DNA of 64,000 nt from a virus. Location of the stretch: IMG/VR virus record IMGVR_UViG_3300023238_000005, positions 32,001 to 96,000 of that record; one strand, 5' to 3'. Shown in pieces: positions 40,803 through 50,640 of the stretch (position 1 is its first letter; every line of letters starts with the position of its first letter). The position numbers and the translations under genes are program-made. The notes under the pieces were generated by a model, which saw nothing but the letters and a program-made list of their open reading frames with translations, was not told the origin of the DNA and ran no database searches.

Positions 40803-41093
40803 TTACGCGACTTGAATATTACTAGTACTTGCTGTATATTGTTTTGCAATTTCAGTTTCAGTTGCAGCCATACAACTTACTGCATGTGCTTGTAGTTCAA
40901 ACTTTGCATCAGGCGATACGCCAAACATGAAAGGTGCTAGACCTAAACCTTGCTGTTGCATAATTAGCACCATTGGCTTAAAAAGTGTATACTGTGATGG
41001 CGTCTCGCCATCCATGCGGGCAACTAATTCTTCGCCTGAGTTTAATTTGAATGAGACAATTTCGCCTACTTTAAGTGGCTTCTGAATGATCAT
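40803..41093 (-). CDS. hypothetical protein (Sm-like fold candidate)
   Basis: KL.SGEEL.A motif. Confidence 0.6.
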   Translation of the reverse strand: MIIQKPLKVGEIVSFKLNSGEELVARMDGETPSQYTLFKPMVLIMQQQGLGLAPFMFGVSPDAKFELQAHAVSCMAATETEIAKQYTASTSNIQVA

Positions 41094-41341
41094 AGTGAGT
41101 ATCCTGTTCCGTTATAGTTAGTTTCTTCTAAGTATGCGCCTAGCTTATCGTAGCCACCAATTTTTGTTCCGTGTACTGTAATTTGTGGGAAGGTACGTGC
41201 TCCTGGAAACTTTTCAAGTACCTCGTCTCGGGTAAAGTCTGTGCCAAGTTGGAAGTACTTGTATGGCAACTTCCTTGCTTCGCACAAAGCCTTTGCTCTA
41301 TCACAGAATGGACACTGAGGCTTGCCATAAATTTCTATCAT
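41090..41341 (-). CDS. glutaredoxin
   Basis: CPFC, TFPQI, IGGY. Confidence 0.93.
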   Translation of the reverse strand: MIEIYGKPQCPFCDRAKALCEARKLPYKYFQLGTDFTRDEVLEKFPGARTFPQITVHGTKIGGYDKLGAYLEETNYNGTGYSL

Positions 41342-41421
41342 AAACTAAATCCTTTAAAAGTATCTTCGCCGACATCCTGCTTTGTGCCGCCGCTGACGTA
41401 TGATGTAATTTCTGTTTCTTG
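41338..41421 (-). pseudogene. orphan duplicate of the nrdB 3' end
   Basis: Reads QETEITSYVSGGTKQDVGEDTFKGFSL-stop, a second copy of the nrdB C-terminus with no start codon. Confidence 0.85.
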
Positions 41422-41425
41422 AGTA

Positions 41426-42553
41426 TTAATCATTTTTCATTACCTCTAATTTCCAACCTTTTGTTTTTCCCTTTTTTGGTATCGGCCAGTTTTTTTGTAT
41501 TTGCATTTTTAACGTACTTTGACTTAAATTATGCTCCTTGCAATAGTCGCCTAATTCACTGCCGTATAATATGTGCTCTTCATTATCCGGTGATGATAGT
41601 TTGTAACAGTAACTTTTCTTATTTAACTTGCCAACTCGCAAGCTAGCTTTTTGTCCAATTAACGCTTTAGTATGTGCAGACTGCGTCTTTCCATACATAG
41701 GGTTTCCAGAACCAGCATTAAGTTTTTTAAACAATTCCTTTGTTTCTTCACTGTGTTGCTTTGGGCCATAGCCGCCCCTTTCTTTTTGTAATCTTGATCT
41801 TAACTCACGCTGCGCTTGTGCCTTTTCATTACCGTATATTTCTTCATACGATTTACCTTTATGATTAGGTGGTCGAGCATCTTTGCATATATTTGTTAAG
41901 GTGCCGTTCTTATTATATCCTTTGCGGCCGTACTTTTCTATTAACACTTCTTCCATATCATATGCTAACTGTTCATCGATGATATTTTCTGCAATATATT
42001 CTATAACAGGTTCTAAACCTGCTTTACGAATACTAGCTATTTTATTTTCTTTATACTTATTTCTAGTATTAGGCGTAGGGCGCAAATGCGTTGACGCTCT
42101 GCCTCCTGTTCCTTTACCAATATAAAACGGTTCATTTGTTCTTGGATCAACTAGCTGATATACATAAAACATATTATTAATCTCCTGTGTATTGTATTTA
42201 GCAAGAGACAGAGAATACCAGTTAGGTACACTATAATCTGTATTTTGTATTGCACTCCTTGCAAAGATAATAAAATCTCTATTATCCTTATAAGGTGTTA
42301 CATCAACTAACATTTCGCCATTATTCCATACAGTATGTCGTATAGCTTGTAGCGTAACTCCTCCGTCAATTATATACCATCCTATAACTGGAGACCCGCC
42401 TTCTAACTGAGTATGTGTGTATACATTATTGTGACAGTTGTCATAATCGTACTCTGCTTCAGGCTCTACTAGTATTGCTCCTACCCAGCTACAGTCTAAG
42501 CTTTTACTAAAACTTAGAATGCTATCATCAATGTTAGTAGGAGTTGTCCACAT
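41426..42553 (-). mobile_element. GIY-YIG homing endonuclease (NUMOD-like repeats) with extra N-terminal domain
   Basis: FYVYQL.DP....PFYIGKG...R; HSEETK and GNPMYGK motifs; internal SD AGGAG and ATG at 42172. Confidence 0.85.
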
Positions 42554-43681
42554 TTAAAGACTAAATCCTTTAAATGTATCTTCACTTACATCTTGCTTCG
42601 TACCACCTGAAATATAGCTCGTTATTTGTGTTTGCTGAGGTGCCACTTGTACTTCGCTACCACTTATCCATTTCTGTGTCCAGGGTAAAGGATTAGTCTT
42701 TGTATTGTACGGACTTTTTAGATTTACATTAGTCATTCGACGTGTGCAAATCCATTCAATGTATCCACTCAACAACTCTGTGTTAAGTCCAATCATTGAT
42801 CCATCTTTAAACAAATATTCTGCCCAAGCCTTCTCCTGATCAACTGCGTCAACAAACATTTGAATACATGCTTCTTCTGTTTCTTCTGCAATCTTTACAT
42901 AGTCTGGATCGTCTTTCTTAAGAATCTTTAGCAACATTTGTGTGCTTGCTAGGTGCAAGTTCTCGTCACGGGCAATAAGTTTAATAATCTTAGCATTGCC
43001 TTCCATTTGCTTCATCTCTGCAAACGCCCAGCTACATGCAAAGCTTACATAGAACCGCACACCTTCAAGAATGTTAACACTCATTAGTGTAAGCCACAAC
43101 AATTTCTTTAGTTCATACATGTCAACTTTAATCTTCTTGCCATTAACAGTATGAGTACCTTCGCCTAGCAACTTGTACCAGCGTGTAGTTTCGATAAGGT
43201 CATCGTAGTACTTGCTAATGTCTCCAGCACAGTCTGCAATCTCTGCAATGTCTAGCATCTCATCAAAGATTTTACTGGGGTTGCTGTATACGTTACGAAT
43301 AATATGTGTGTATGAGCGTGAGTGGATTGTTTCTGAGAACGTCCACGTTGTGATCCAGTTCTCAATCTCTGGTAAACTTACAATAGGCGAAAATGCTTCT
43401 ACTGGTGCACGACCTTGCACACTATCTAGTAGAATTTGACGCTTTAGGTTACTTGTAAAGATGTGACGCTCATGGTCACTAAGAGCTTTAAAGTCTTTTG
43501 CATCTTGATAGATGTCTACTTCTTGAGGGACCCAAAAGAATCCCAGTTGCTTTTCTGTCAATCCATCAAAGCTTTTGTACTTCAGCGTATCATAACGCTG
43601 GATTGTAGGACCGCCCGTTGGGTCCAAGAATGCTAATACTTTTGTGTGGTCTGCTTTATTTTCAGTGTTAAAAACGCTCAT
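42554..43681 (-). CDS. nrdB: ribonucleotide reductase class Ia beta subunit
   Basis: FFW.PQE, LDSVQ, ETIHSRSY, LEG.RFY.SF, DE.LH. Confidence 0.97.
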   Translation of the reverse strand: MSVFNTENKADHTKVLAFLDPTGGPTIQRYDTLKYKSFDGLTEKQLGFFWVPQEVDIYQDAKDFKALSDHERHIFTSNLKRQILLDSVQGRAPVEAFSPIVSLPEIENWITTWTFSETIHSRSYTHIIRNVYSNPSKIFDEMLDIAEIADCAGDISKYYDDLIETTRWYKLLGEGTHTVNGKKIKVDMYELKKLLWLTLMSVNILEGVRFYVSFACSWAFAEMKQMEGNAKIIKLIARDENLHLASTQMLLKILKKDDPDYVKIAEETEEACIQMFVDAVDQEKAWAEYLFKDGSMIGLNTELLSGYIEWICTRRMTNVNLKSPYNTKTNPLPWTQKWISGSEVQVAPQQTQITSYISGGTKQDVSEDTFKGFSL

Positions 43682-43751
43682 CTAATCTCTTACCCTTGTG
43701 TGTGTATATCTATAGTATAACTATAACATGTCCCAGAGGACATGTCAAGTA

Positions 43752-44285
43752 TTAAATGTGACAAGATTCACAATTCTCTTCATCTACTTCAACAACTTCA
43801 AGTTCTCCCATCATCTTGTTAACATCTACTTCGCCTTGGCCATCGTTTGTTTGGAAATAATAAAGCTGTTTTCCGCCTAGCTTGTAGAACATTAAAAGAT
43901 GCTGCAACATTGTGCTCATTGGTATCTTTTCATCTTCAAAGTAAATTGGATTGTAACTAGTGTTAACACTAATTCCTTGATCAATGTACTTTTGTAGTAC
44001 AGCCATAATCTTCAAATAACCTTCTGGAGACTGTTGATCCCATAGCAAGTCATATTTATTCTTTAAACGCTTGTACTCAGGCACAACTTGCTTTAGTACA
44101 CCATGCTTGCTCTGCTTGATACTAATTAAACTACGTGGAGGCTCAATGCCATTTGTAGCATTTGCAATTTGCGCACTAGTGTTATGACTAATGCATCCAT
44201 TTGACAAGGTATAAGTTTCGTTGTCAGTTGAAACATCCCAAGTGTGTTCTGTTCCTGCGTCTCTTGTAATACGTTTAATTTTCAT
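43752..44285 (-). CDS. nrdA: split-intein C-fragment (44285-44181) plus C-terminal part of RNR alpha
   Basis: MKIKRI...TWDV......Y.L.NG.ISHN then TSAQIANATNGIEP, DQ.ISVN, KQLYY and C-terminal CESC. Confidence 0.92.
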   Translation of the reverse strand: MKIKRITRDAGTEHTWDVSTDNETYTLSNGCISHNTSAQIANATNGIEPPRSLISIKQSKHGVLKQVVPEYKRLKNKYDLLWDQQSPEGYLKIMAVLQKYIDQGISVNTSYNPIYFEDEKIPMSTMLQHLLMFYKLGGKQLYYFQTNDGQGEVDVNKMMGELEVVEVDEENCESCHI

Positions 44286-45268
44286 TTTAATAATTCCTCT
44301 TTTGTAATTGAACATTTTCCTTGTTTTGATACGTTATCTTCCCAGGGAATAAATTCTAAATTTTGCAAGCTCCCTAATAACGCAGGATCAATTCTTTCAA
44401 TAAATCCTCGAGATATTGAAAACTTATGATCTAGATGATAGGCGTGGTCGATTCCCGCTCGGCCCCTCTTTTCATAATTCGCTAATAGACTCAGGTCGTT
44501 TTGATTAGTATATTTCCAAACTTCTTTGTGATACTTTTTATAATCAGATAAGTCACAATACGGGACCCAGATGCCATTTTCTTCTAATGTTTTTCTAATC
44601 TTTGATTGTCGTTCTCTAAAAACGGTTTCTCCTAGATTATCTAGTGTGTTATGACCTCTAGTTTCTCTTATCTTAATATCAATTTCGTTTTTATTTAATG
44701 ACGTTGTCTTTTCTAAATACTGTCTATAAGAATCAATGCCTATTTTTTGATCGTGTATTTCTCTAATTTTTCTTTTTGCATAATCAAAAGATTTTCCTCT
44801 ATCTAAATAATACTGAATATGCAACGGACTATTAGCATATTGAAATTCTTTTGCTTTAATTTCTGACTCTTCTTCGCTGTGACCTTTTCTTATATAGAAC
44901 TCTTTACATCTAGGGCTTTGTGATTTTCCATTTTCTTTAGCAGTTTTCCATCCTTTTTGTAAGGATTTATTTCTCCATTCGTTGTATAGTTGAGTTCCTT
45001 TGTCTACACCGTGTTTTTTAATGAAATTTTCTTTTGATGTTGCTTTAGATTTTTTAAATTCGAGTATAGTTGTCTCAGCTTCTTCTCGAGTACAACTATC
45101 TCTCTTCATTACATAATCAGGGTCATATGGATTGGCCTTGTTTATTTTTTTGCCCCGGTTCCATGCATTCTTTTCCTTCACCAGAGAGATAGTTGTCTCA
45201 GCTTCTTCTCGAGTACAACTATCTCTCTTCATTACATAATCAGGGTCATATGGATTGGCTTTTTTCAT
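44282..45268 (-). mobile_element. free-standing HNH-type homing endonuclease between split-intein halves
   Basis: HLDH.FS...GF...NL..IPW..N..K; AT-rich; N-terminal repeated modules. Confidence 0.75.
45066..45259. repeat. 71-bp exact direct repeat (45066-45136 and 45189-45259)
   Basis: Encodes ANPYDPDYVMKRDSCTREEAETTI twice. Confidence 0.9.
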
Positions 45269-45300
45269 TATAACTTCCTTAGCGTTAATGCTCTAGTTAT

Positions 45301-46257
45301 TTATCCATTAACGCTAACAATATCGTCATCTTCAGTTAATTCACCTACTGTTATCCATACTTCTTTGTCATCTCGATTGACTAAAAGTTTATGATTTTCT
45401 GTAAATTTGTATGTCGATCCGTCTTCGAATTCAATTTCTGTAACAGACTGCGGACCGTTATAGTAGCATTCGTGTGCTATACTATTTTCTAGTTCAACAG
45501 GTTTTAAGAAAGGAAATCTCTGGCCTATCATGAATCTTTCGTGAACTGTGTCAATATCAATTTTTCCATAATCTTGAATAACTTCGGCAAGTGTTACAAC
45601 TGTTCCATCTTTTAGTCTCATTTCATTTTCTAAACTCTGGCATTCAGCTGGCATAAGGGCCATTAGTGTTGAGTTACGAATGCCTGTGTCCTTTAGCTGT
45701 GCTCTAAGTGTATCCCAATCCATACGCTCTACATGTGGAACCAACTCATCTAAGTCTTTCTTGTATGTTTGGTTAGGTGTAATACCGTGTCCGTACTTTG
45801 TTTCCATGTTGCCACTTGGCGCACCAAATTCTACTGCTAAGTCGGCACTTGCTTTAATTAAGTAGTACGACCATGCTTCTGCCCACTCGTCTACAAGTGC
45901 AAGCCCGTCTGCATCAATGTGCTGATACGTTAGATCATGTTTTGCTAACCAGTATGCGAAGTTAATAATGCCAACGCCTAAAGGACGGCGCTTCTCTGTA
46001 GATAATTGTGCTGCTAGAATTGGATAGTTTTGATAACTTAGCAGTGCATCCAATCCACGTACTGCCAAGCGACAAACACGCTCAAAGTCTGCCGGAGTAC
46101 GAATGTTACCCCAGTTGATTGCACTTAGTGTACAAAGCGAGATAGCAGCGCCGTCATAGTCTTCTACCATTTCATCTACATATACATAATCGTCATCATT
46201 AACATCGTCTAAGTTATCGTCTACAATTTCGTACAGCCATTTATTTTCCATTTTCAT
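45301..46257 (-). CDS. nrdA: middle part of RNR alpha plus split-intein N-fragment (45642-45301)
   Basis: AISLCTLSAINW, RRPLG.G, GIRNSTLMALMPAE then CQSLENEM...FTENHK (intein blocks A and B). Confidence 0.92.
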   Translation of the reverse strand: MKMENKWLYEIVDDNLDDVNDDDYVYVDEMVEDYDGAAISLCTLSAINWGNIRTPADFERVCRLAVRGLDALLSYQNYPILAAQLSTEKRRPLGVGIINFAYWLAKHDLTYQHIDADGLALVDEWAEAWSYYLIKASADLAVEFGAPSGNMETKYGHGITPNQTYKKDLDELVPHVERMDWDTLRAQLKDTGIRNSTLMALMPAECQSLENEMRLKDGTVVTLAEVIQDYGKIDIDTVHERFMIGQRFPFLKPVELENSIAHECYYNGPQSVTEIEFEDGSTYKFTENHKLLVNRDDKEVWITVGELTEDDDIVSVNG

Positions 46258-47008
46258 ATCCTTTTAATTTTCTTAATTTATACATAGACAATCCTGTTGC
46301 TAGCGATGCTTCAGACATTGATCCGTATTTAACGTCATCAACAACTATTGATTTAGCAAAAGCATTATCACTTCCGAACATTGCTTTTCCAGGTTTGCCT
46401 TTACTTTTCCAATCGTTATATTCGTACTCTACATTACGATTGTTTGTTAGTTTTTTACATTTATAATTTTTATAGTGCCTACGCTTACCTCTTGCAACTG
46501 CACTCATTGCAGAAGGTTTTAAATTATGTTCCTTACAAAAATCTAACATATTTTCTCTAACAACAACATCACCGTTAGGCAAAGTGATTTCCCACGTGTC
46601 AATTTTTAATTTATGTCTGTTATGATCGCCCCATAACTGCTTTCCTTTGTGAGGACTAGGTTTTCCTTTTTTTGCTTTAGATATCCTATCATAATATATT
46701 TTAGCTAGCTCTGGATTATCGTGATGGCTCCAACCTCTTCCTGAATAATTATGAAGATTATAAAAATTAAAATTATTTGCAGCGTCAATATTGCATAGTA
46801 TATCTTGTTCTTTAGACACTGCTTCTTCCCTAGTTAAATTATAGTGTAATATCGTTCTAGTAAAATTTTTAGGATTATTTTCATATATTTCGTTAAAGTA
46901 ATTGCTAGACGAAATATACCCATCGTCAAACGTTCCATAATGAGAACCTATATATTTTTTATTATCTGTTGCTGATTCCCACATATAAATAAATCCTGTT
47001 TTACTCAT
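46241..47008 (-). mobile_element. free-standing GIY-YIG (Seg-like) homing endonuclease
   Basis: GFIY.W......KKYIGSH......Y..S...E...FYN. Confidence 0.8.
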
Positions 47009-47040
47009 AATACTATACTCCTTTGTATAGTATTATTTAT
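47007..47040 (-). promoter_or_regulatory. late-type promoter GATAAATA plus 12-bp hairpin covering the endonuclease RBS
   Basis: ATAATACTATAC-tccttt-GTATAGTATTAT encloses AAGGAG and reaches the ATG. Confidence 0.75.
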
Positions 47041-47042
47041 CC

Positions 47043-48521
47043 TTATGTACTTTTTTTGCCATCAAATCTTTCTTTGTCAAGCCTTAAAATATTTCCTACT
47101 GATTTTTTATATTCTACGTATTCTTGATACTTTTCTTTAGGAATACGCACTCGTCTCCTGTGTGCCCCGTCGTTTAGATCTTTAAGTGGCTTAGTTGGCA
47201 ATGTAATTTCTGCGCACAAGTTACTCATTCTAATAGGTGCAATTTCTGGTATAAAGCTGCCATGATCGTTTGCATTGTCTACGTTTTGTAAATAAATGCG
47301 TCCTGTATTCTTACGCTCTTCCATAAAATTACTGAACAGTTCACTTGCTTTAACTGACTTCTTACGTAGTCGTGTGTTACGTTCTGCTGTTTCGTATAGT
47401 TCTTTAAACTTGTCTTGATCTGCAAAGAAAGCTTCGTACAATCCAGGAACGTCTGCAGGCGAGAACAAAGTTATGTCGCTACCAGTTACTAGTCTTTCAT
47501 ACATCAACTTGTTAAACTGTACACCGTAGTCCATGTGTCGTACACGGTTCTCTTCGGTCCCTTTGTTGTTCTTTAACACTAGCATGTCTTCTACTTCGAG
47601 GTGCCATACAGGGTAGTATATAGTTGCTGCTCCGCCACGTACACCGCCTTGGCTGCATGACTTTACTGCTGATTGGAAATGCTTATAGAAAGGAATGATT
47701 CCTGTGTGATATGCATCGCCTTTACGTATGGGGGAGCCGATAGCACGTATGCTTCCTCCGCCGATACCAATGCCTGCTTTTTGTGAGACGTACTTAACAA
47801 CAGAGGCAGCAGTAGCATTAATGCTGTCAAGACTGTCATCAGTTTCAATGAGTACGCACGAACTGAACTGGCGCTGCGGGGTACGCACACCAGCCATAAC
47901 AGGAGTAGGTAAACTAATGTCGTGTAAACTAATAGCATCGTAATATTCCTTGACCCATTGCAACCGAGTCTCTATTGGATAGTCTTGAAACAAACTTGCT
48001 GCAATAAGAATGTAGCAAACTTGTGGAGTTTCAAAGATTTCGCCGCTTACTCTATTTTGTACTAGGTATTTGCCGCGAAGCTGTTCCATTGCAACATAAG
48101 TTAAGTTCTCGTCGCGCTCGTGCTTAATAAATGTATTGATTCTATTCCACTCGTCAGTTGTATACTTTGTAACGAGTTCAGAATCATAAAATCCAGCTTC
48201 TGTATTTCTGTCAACTAGTTCTTTAATATGACAAGGTTCAAACCCATCGTAAACTTCTTTGCGTAGTGCATAGTTTACAAGGCGTCCGCCTACATATTGA
48301 TAGTTAGGAGTTTCTGCACTGATAAGATCTGCTGCTGCTTTGATTAGCGTTTCTTGGATTTCTTTACTAGTTACTCCATTGTAGAACTGTATTTGACTTT
48401 TAAGTTCTACTTCGCTAGGGCTAACTCCTGTAATATTTTCACAAGCATAAAATACAACCTTGTGTAGTTTTTCAATGTCTAGAAGTTCTTTGTCGCCGTC
48501 ACGTTTGGTAACTTGAATCAT
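47043..48521 (-). CDS. nrdA: N-terminal part of RNR class Ia alpha (ATP cone to NLCxE loop)
   Basis: VTKRDG ATP cone, PTP.MAG.R...QFSSC, SNLCAEI, then a basic non-RNR tail. Confidence 0.95.
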   Translation of the reverse strand: MIQVTKRDGDKELLDIEKLHKVVFYACENITGVSPSEVELKSQIQFYNGVTSKEIQETLIKAAADLISAETPNYQYVGGRLVNYALRKEVYDGFEPCHIKELVDRNTEAGFYDSELVTKYTTDEWNRINTFIKHERDENLTYVAMEQLRGKYLVQNRVSGEIFETPQVCYILIAASLFQDYPIETRLQWVKEYYDAISLHDISLPTPVMAGVRTPQRQFSSCVLIETDDSLDSINATAASVVKYVSQKAGIGIGGGSIRAIGSPIRKGDAYHTGIIPFYKHFQSAVKSCSQGGVRGGAATIYYPVWHLEVEDMLVLKNNKGTEENRVRHMDYGVQFNKLMYERLVTGSDITLFSPADVPGLYEAFFADQDKFKELYETAERNTRLRKKSVKASELFSNFMEERKNTGRIYLQNVDNANDHGSFIPEIAPIRMSNLCAEITLPTKPLKDLNDGAHRRRVRIPKEKYQEYVEYKKSVGNILRLDKERFDGKKST

Positions 48522-48561
48522 GTGCTTTGTCCTTTAAATTGTTATAGTAGTTAGGTATTTA

Positions 48562-48984
48562 TTATTGTGCTGGCAGCACATGCGTTAGTTCAGAACGCAA
48601 AGTTTTAGGCAGTTTATTCCTTTGCACATACGTATCTGCATCGAAACCTATCACCTTGTTGTCGACATAAAGCAAGTAGTATGTCTCCGAGTTTTTATAG
48701 TCTCGTGTTATATGTATCTCATAAGATGCTCGGGATAACACATCAGTTAACTGCAAGGTGTAACAAATTGCAAGAATCTTAACAAAGGAACAATAATTAT
48801 TTTCCTCTATTAATTCCCATGCTGTTGGCCAACTACTTGGAGTAAACGGATCAGCAGCAATCAAACATTCTGGTGCTCGATCGTAAAAATTAATTGTTTC
48901 TTGTATTGGATCATCTGCCGTTTCTAAAGAGTCTCTGAACTCGCGCCAGATGAGTAGTCGTTGTTCATATTTTTTGTCAAACAT
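48562..48984 (-). CDS. hypothetical protein
   Basis: ORF in late operon. Confidence 0.65.
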   Translation of the reverse strand: MFDKKYEQRLLIWREFRDSLETADDPIQETINFYDRAPECLIAADPFTPSSWPTAWELIEENNYCSFVKILAICYTLQLTDVLSRASYEIHITRDYKNSETYYLLYVDNKVIGFDADTYVQRNKLPKTLRSELTHVLPAQ

Positions 48985-49000
48985 TCATTTCACATGTTAG

Positions 49001-50611
49001 TTATGATTTGGCTTTTACGTTATAGTGTAGTACAGCATTGTCGCTACTTGTTAAGTTTAACATCATAATGGCTATTGTGTCAACCGAAGAATTGCCATCT
49101 TCATCATAATTTTGTGCTTTAAATTTTAAGTTCTCAGCAAAGGTATTATTACCTGTATAGTTGAAATCATCTGAAAAGTTAAATGTATTATTTACAGGAT
49201 CAACTATTAATGTCATTGTTCCTGATCTTGAAGCAATAACTGCACTACTCTTATAAACATAATCAATTTCGTAGCCTTTAGTAGTATCTGCCGGCAGTCT
49301 AAATAGTTTTGAATATTCACCTGACTGTCCGATTGTAAGTTTGTGTGTTGTGTTGAATGTTGTAATACTTGGTCCTTCAACTTCTGGAACATATACAGAG
49401 CCATTCTTATATTCTTCAGTATATCCTAGTTCTTCACTACGTTGGAACCAATCACCGTGACTATTATTTTTTATACTTTCAAATTTTATGATTGAATGGG
49501 CAGCTAAACTTGCATTGCCTCCGTTGTTTCCAACAGTATAGAATCTATTATTTTTACTAATATTATCAGTACCGTTTTTAATATGTATAGCGTGTGTATA
49601 AATGTCATTAAACTTACTGTTAGACACTGTATTATCAATCGGTCCGGTTTTTACTGGACCGTCTGAACTAAGTGCTGAATTAAGTCCAAATGCGTGTCCT
49701 TGCCAAAGAGTATTGAACGTACAATTTGTCCATGTGTTGTTTTTAATATCGTCATCTGATTTAATAGCAGTAACAAATTTCTCTACAATAACATTGTCAA
49801 ACATATTGTTGTTAGATCCAACAGCAGTGCTTAGTGAATCTAATCGTATGCCGTCACTTTCGCCGGCTATTGTGCCACCGAGTGAATATGCACCTTTTAT
49901 TAATAAATCCTTAAACACACTGTCTTTACAACTAGTTAACACTAATGCAGGACCTGTTGTGGCATTAATTGTTAAGCCTGATATGCTAATGTTTCTTGCT
50001 TGATTTAACGTTGTGCTAGTTGAATCATTAGCGTATACGCCCGGAGTACTTGAATCGTTTATTGTTCTAAATACATACGAAATGCCATTAATAATAGTCT
50101 TATCTTTGCCTGCGCCTCTAATAGTAGTATATGGCGGTAAGTATATGCTATTAGTAAGATTATACTCACCAGCTTCAAATATAAGTTCTACTCTTGCTTG
50201 AGTTGTGCCTTTGTTTGATGCATTTAAATACAGTTGATCAATTGCTCGTTGTATTGCTACTGTTTGATCTGTGCCATCGCCTGCTACGCCAAAAGAACGA
50301 ACACTCACTCTGTCATCTAATCTAGATTGCAGTGTACGCAGAACAGGATTATTAGCCGTGCTACCTGTTTGAACATTTGTACCAGTTTTGTATTGGTATG
50401 TATTCGCAAATTCAAATAAGTTATCAGCTTCGCTGAGTAGTTTAGTGTTGCCTACAAACGGTGATCCTTCTGCAACACTGCCGTTACCAATATATAACTC
50501 TTGTGAATCCACTGCCCAACCAAATTCTCCGCTGGCTAGTTGTGGCAACCCACTACCTACGTTTTTTTGTCCTCTGCGAACTTGAATTCGACTGATGGAT
50601 ACTACGGCCAT
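49001..50611 (-). CDS. tail/baseplate protein with beta-helix (pectate-lyase-like) region
   Basis: IQVRRG...LPQLA.GE.GW...LYIGNG head; SV..FG..GDG.DQT.AIQ.AI. Confidence 0.75.
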   Translation of the reverse strand: MAVVSISRIQVRRGQKNVGSGLPQLASGEFGWAVDSQELYIGNGSVAEGSPFVGNTKLLSEADNLFEFANTYQYKTGTNVQTGSTANNPVLRTLQSRLDDRVSVRSFGVAGDGTDQTVAIQRAIDQLYLNASNKGTTQARVELIFEAGEYNLTNSIYLPPYTTIRGAGKDKTIINGISYVFRTINDSSTPGVYANDSTSTTLNQARNISISGLTINATTGPALVLTSCKDSVFKDLLIKGAYSLGGTIAGESDGIRLDSLSTAVGSNNNMFDNVIVEKFVTAIKSDDDIKNNTWTNCTFNTLWQGHAFGLNSALSSDGPVKTGPIDNTVSNSKFNDIYTHAIHIKNGTDNISKNNRFYTVGNNGGNASLAAHSIIKFESIKNNSHGDWFQRSEELGYTEEYKNGSVYVPEVEGPSITTFNTTHKLTIGQSGEYSKLFRLPADTTKGYEIDYVYKSSAVIASRSGTMTLIVDPVNNTFNFSDDFNYTGNNTFAENLKFKAQNYDEDGNSSVDTIAIMMLNLTSSDNAVLHYNVKAKS

Positions 50612-50640
50612 ACTATAACTCCTATTTCATTATATAATAT

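Noticed and set aside
41421-42640. Group I intron restoring the nrdB tail
   Set aside because: No terminal G at the required junction and no non-coding core sequence
46150-47170. Group I intron or ribosomal bypass explaining the first nrdA break
   Set aside because: The interval is fully occupied by ORFs, with no room for a ribozyme core and no recognisable P7 elements; about 1 kb is far too long for a bypass
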